Shown here: piece after piece, positions 59,930 to 64,000 of the stretch
Layout: every line of letters begins with the position of its first letter
Numbering within the stretch: the stretch's first letter is position 1
Assembly: GCA_964016885.1 (NCBI GenBank)
Contig: OZ024742.1
Location: forward strand, 1,116,001 to 1,180,000
Source of the DNA: Eledone cirrhosa
Taxonomy: Eukaryota
Direction: 5' to 3'
Length of the DNA: 64,000 nucleotides
Notes under the pieces: model-generated
Database searches by the model: none
What the model was told of the DNA's origin: nothing
Seen by the model: the letters and a program-made list of their open reading frames with translations, nothing else
Program-made: the position numbers and the translations under genes

Positions 59930-62900
59930 CAACATTACTGTAGAGCTATAGATAAGACTAGGCTCACATCAACATTACTGTATAGCTATAGATAAAACTA
60001 GGCTCACAACAACATTACTGTAGAGCTATAGATAAAACTAGGCTCACATCAACATTACTGTCGAGATAGAGATAAAACTAGGCTCACAACAACATTACTG
60101 TACAATTAGAGATAAAACTAGGCTCACAACATTACTGTAGAGCTAGAGATAAAACTAGGCTCACATGAACATCACTGTAGAGCCGGAGATAAAACAAGGC
60201 TCACAACAACATTACGGTACAACTAGAGATAAAACTAGGCTCACATCAATATTAATATAGAGCTATAGATAAAGCTAGGCTCACAACAACATTACTGTAC
60301 AACTAGAGATAAAACTAGGCTCACAACATTACTGTAGAGCTAGAGATAAAACTAGGCTCACATGAACATCACTGTAGAGCCGGAGATAAAACAAGGCTCA
60401 CAACAACATTACTGTACAGCTATAGATAAAACTAGGCTCACATCAACATTACTGTAGAGCTAGAGATAAAACTAGGCTCACATCAACATTACTGTAGAGC
60501 TATAGATAAAACTAGGCTCACATCAACATTACTGTATAGCTAAAGATAAAACTAGGCTCACAACAAAATTACTGTAGAGCTATAGATAAGACTAGGCTCA
60601 CATCAACATTACTGTATAGCTATAGATAAAACTAGGCTCACAACAACATTACTGTAGAGCTATAGATAAAACTAGGCTCACATCAACATTACTGTCGAGA
60701 TAGAGATAAAACTAGGCTCACATCAACATTACTGTAGAGCTATAGATAAAGCAAGGCTCACAACAACATTACTGTACAATTAGAGATAAAACTAGGCTCA
60801 CAACATTACTGTAGAGCTAGAGATAAAACTAGGCTCACATGAACATCACTGTAGAGCCGGAGATAAAACAAGGCTCACAACAACATTACGGTACAACTAG
60901 AGATAAAACTAGGCTCACATCAATATTAATATAGAGCTATAGATAAAGCTAGGCTCACAACAACATTACTGTACAACTAGAGATAAAACTAGGCTCACAA
61001 CAACATTACTGTAGAGCTATAGATAAAACTAGGCTCACATCAACATTACTGTAAAGCTAGAGGTGAAACTAGGCTCACATCAACATTACTGTAGAGCTAG
61101 AGATAAAACTAGGCTCACATCAACATTACTGTAGAGCTAGAGATAAAACTTGGCTCACAACAACATTACTGTAGAGCTAGAGATAAAACTAGGCTCACAA
61201 CAACATTACTGTAGAGCTAGAGTTAAAACTAGGCTCACAACAACATTACTGTAGAGCTAGAGATAAAACTAGGCTCACATCAACGTTACTGTAGAGCTAG
61301 ATAAAAGTAGGCTCACATCAACATTACTGTAAAGCTAGAGATGAAACTAGGCTCACATCAACATTACTGTAGAGCTAGGGATGAAACTAGGCTCACAACA
61401 ACATTACAGTAGAGCTAGAGATAAAACTAAGCTCACATCAACATTACTGTATAGCTATAGATAAAACTAGGCTCACAACAACATTACTGTAGAGCTAGAG
61501 TTAAAACTAGGCTCACAACAACATTACTGAAGAGCTAGAGATAAAACTAGGCTCACAACAACATTACTGTAGAGCTAGAGTTAAAACTAGGCTCACAACA
61601 ACATTACTGTAGAGCTAGAGATAAAACTAGGCTCACATCAACGTTACTGTAGAGCTAGATAAAAGTAGGCTCACATCAACATTACTGTAAAGCTAGAGAT
61701 GAAACTAGGCTCACATCAACATTACTGTATAGCTATAGATAAAACTAGGCTCACAACAACATTACTGAAGAGCTAGAGATACAACTAGGCTCACATCAAC
61801 ATTACTGTAGAGCTAGAGATAAATCTAGGCTCACATCAACATTACTGTAGAGCTAGAGATAAAACTAGGCTCACATCAACATTACTGTAGAGCTAGAGAT
61901 AAAACTAGGCTCCCATCAACATTACTGTAGAGCTAGAGATAAAACTAGGCTCACATCAACATTACTGTAGAGCTAGACATAAAACTAGGATCACATCAAC
62001 ATTACTGTAGAGCTCGAGATAAAACTAGGCTCACATCAACATTACTGTAGAGCTAGAGATGAAACTAGGCTCACATCAACATTACTGTAGAGCTAGGGAT
62101 GAAACTAGGCTCACAACAACATTACGGTAGAGCTAGAGATAAAACTAGGCTCACATCAACATTACTGTAGAGCTAGACATAAAACTAGGATCACATCAAC
62201 ATTACTGTAGAGCTAGAGATAACACTAGGCTCACATCAACATTACTGTAAAGCTAGAGATGAAACTAGGCTCCCATCAACATTATTGTAGAGCTAGAGAT
62301 AAAACTAGGCTCACATCAACATTACTGTAGAGCTAGAGATAAAACTAGGCTCACAACATTACTGTAAAGCTAGAGACAAAACTAGGCTCACATTCACATT
62401 ACTGTACAGCTAGAGATAAACTAGGCTCACAACAACATTACTGTACAGCCAGAGATAAAACTAGGCTCACATCAACATTACTGTAGAGCTATAGATAAGA
62501 CTAGGCTCACATCAACATTACTGTATAGCTATAGATAAAACTAGGCTCACAACAACATTACTGTAGAGCTATAGATAAAACTAGGCTCACATCAACATTA
62601 CTGTCGAGATAGAGATAAAACTAGGCTCACATCAACATTACTGTAGAGCTATAGATAAAGCTAGGCTCACAACAACATTACTGTACAATTAGAGATAAAA
62701 CTAGGCTCACAACATTACTGTAGAGCTAGAGATAAAACTAGGCTCACATGAACATCACTGTAGAGCCGGAGATAAAACAAGGCTCACAACAACATTACGG
62801 TACAACTAGAGATAAAACTAGGCTCACATCAATATTAATATAGAGCTATAGATAAAGCTAGGCTCACAACAACATTACTGTACAACTAGAGATAAAACTA

Positions 62901-64000
62901 GGCTCACAACATTACTGTAGAGCTAGAGATAAAACTAGGCTCACATGAACATCACTGTAGAGCCGGAGATAAAACAAGGCTCACAACAACATTACTGTAC
63001 AGCTATAGATAAAACTAGGCTCACATCAACATTACTGTAGAGCTAGAGATAAAACTAGGCACACATCAACATTACTGTAGAGCTATAGATAAAACTAGGC
63101 TCACATCAACATTACTGTATAGCCATAGATAAAACTAGGCTCACAACAACATTACTGTAGAGGTATAGATAAGACTAGGCTCACATCAACATTACTGTAT
63201 AGCTATAGATAAAACTAGGCTCACAACAACATTACTGTAGAGCTATAGATAAAACTAGGCTCACATCAACATTACTGTCGAGATAGAGATAAAACTAGGC
63301 TCACATCAACATTACTGTAGAGCTATAGATAAAGCTAGGCTCACAACAACATTACTGTACAATTAGAGATAAAACTAGGCTCACAACATTACTGTAGAGC
63401 TAGAGATAAAACTAGGCTCACATGAACATCACTGTAGAGCCGGAGATAAAACAAGGCTCACACCAACATTACGGTACAACTAGAGATAAAACTAGGCTCA
63501 CATCAATATTAATATAGAGCTATAGATAAAGCTAGGCTCACAACAACATTACTGTACAACTAGAGATAAAACTAGGCTCACAACAACATTACTGTAGAGC
63601 TATAGATAAAACTAGGCTCACATCAACATTACTGTAAAGCTAGAGGTGAAACTAGGCTTACATCAACATTACTGTAGAGCTAGAGATAAAACTAGGCTCA
63701 CATCAACATTACTGTAGAGCTAGAGATAAAACTTGGCTCACAACAACATTACTGTAGAGCTAGAGATAAAACTAGACTCACAACAACATTACTGTAGAGC
63801 TAGAGTTAAAACTAGGCTCACAACAACATTACTGTAGAGCTAGAGATAAAACTAGGCTCACATCAACGTTACTGTAGAGCTAGATAAAAGTAGGCTCACA
63901 TCAACATTACTGTAAAGCTAGAGATGAAACTAGGCTCACATCAACATTACTGTAGAGCTAGGGATGAAACTAGGCTCACAACAACATTACAGTAGAGCTA
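59930..64000. repeat. Duplication of about 2.55 kb (offsets 2543/2583 bp), each copy containing an internal 634/674-bp doublet; truncated by the window end
   Basis: TCGAGATAG at 60061, 60695, 62604 and 63278. AGGTGAAAC at 61061/63644 and ACATTACAGTAGAG at 61401/63984. Confidence 0.88.

Larger units (their letters stand above)
1..64000. repeat. 40-bp tandem satellite array, about 1,600 head-to-tail monomers in a single orientation, extending beyond both window ends
   Basis: Consensus ATCAACATTACTGTAGAGCTAGAGATAAAACTAGGCTCAC recurs continuously with a 40-bp period (the line layout repeats every 120 bp). Most copies have 0-3 substitutions, and some monomers are 16, 34, 37, 38, 39 or 43 bp. Confidence 0.99.

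Noticed and set aside
1-64000. CRISPR array (repeat length about 40 bp with partial palindrome)
   Set aside because: There are no unique spacers, the monomers abut directly, and no leader or cas genes are visible.
1-64000. Repeat-protein CDS on either strand
   Set aside because: The + strand has TAG/TAG/TAA/TAG at monomer positions 14, 20, 26 and 32, and the 40-bp period rotates them through all frames (open stretches of about 100 bp). The - strand has five stops per monomer.
1-64000. Coding under a TAA/TAG-reassigned (ciliate-type) genetic code, since the + strand consensus lacks TGA
   Set aside because: The period is not a multiple of 3, 1- and 2-bp indels are tolerated and propagated, and TGA-creating variants (GATGAA, CATGAA, CTGAAG) are common. 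I see no sign of reading-frame selection.
1-64000. Telomeric repeat, alpha satellite/CENP-B box, tRNA or rRNA array
   Set aside because: There are no TTAGGG-like G-rich tracts, no 171-bp period or CENP-B box, and no tRNA or rRNA motifs in the 40-mer.
1-64000. Inversion, strand switch or embedded transposon/unique island
   Set aside because: Every line reads in the same monomer orientation. I saw no reverse-complement monomer (GTGAGCCTAGTTTTATC) and no non-repeat insert. This was checked by eye only.
1-64000. Rolling-circle or sequencing concatemer artefact of one short template
   Set aside because: The variants are not random errors. They recur as ordered haplotypes at varied offsets with domain-specific markers, as expected of a real evolving array. 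Local misassembly of individual blocks remains possible.
1-64000. Variant pattern as an information-bearing code (programmed diversification or guide cassettes)
   Set aside because: Mutation plus nested duplication explains the pattern adequately. No enzyme gene, target or regular grammar supports a functional code.

Overview
The whole 64 kb window is one uninterrupted head-to-tail tandem array (satellite/minisatellite DNA) of about 1,600 copies of a 40-bp monomer. The consensus is ATCAACATTACTGTAGAGCTAGAGATAAAACTAGGCTCAC (37.5% GC, 16 A vs 9 T on the + strand, no CpG). The array runs off both ends. I saw no unique sequence, inversion, transposon, RNA gene, CRISPR spacer or credible CDS. The structure lies in the variants. 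Rare substitutions and small indels recur in the same order at fixed offsets, which reveals nested, irregular duplications from 39 bp to about 9.4 kb rather than one regular higher-order repeat. They also mark three variant-defined sub-domains (about 1-27.3 kb, 27.3-42 kb and 42-64 kb). The monomer has an imperfect dyad around an AGATAAAA loop and a 6-bp internal periodicity. A eukaryotic heterochromatic origin is my inference, and I cannot name the organism or repeat family. I found no evidence of a novel gene-based system. Offsets were counted by hand from marker variants, and block boundaries are approximate (plus or minus a few monomers).
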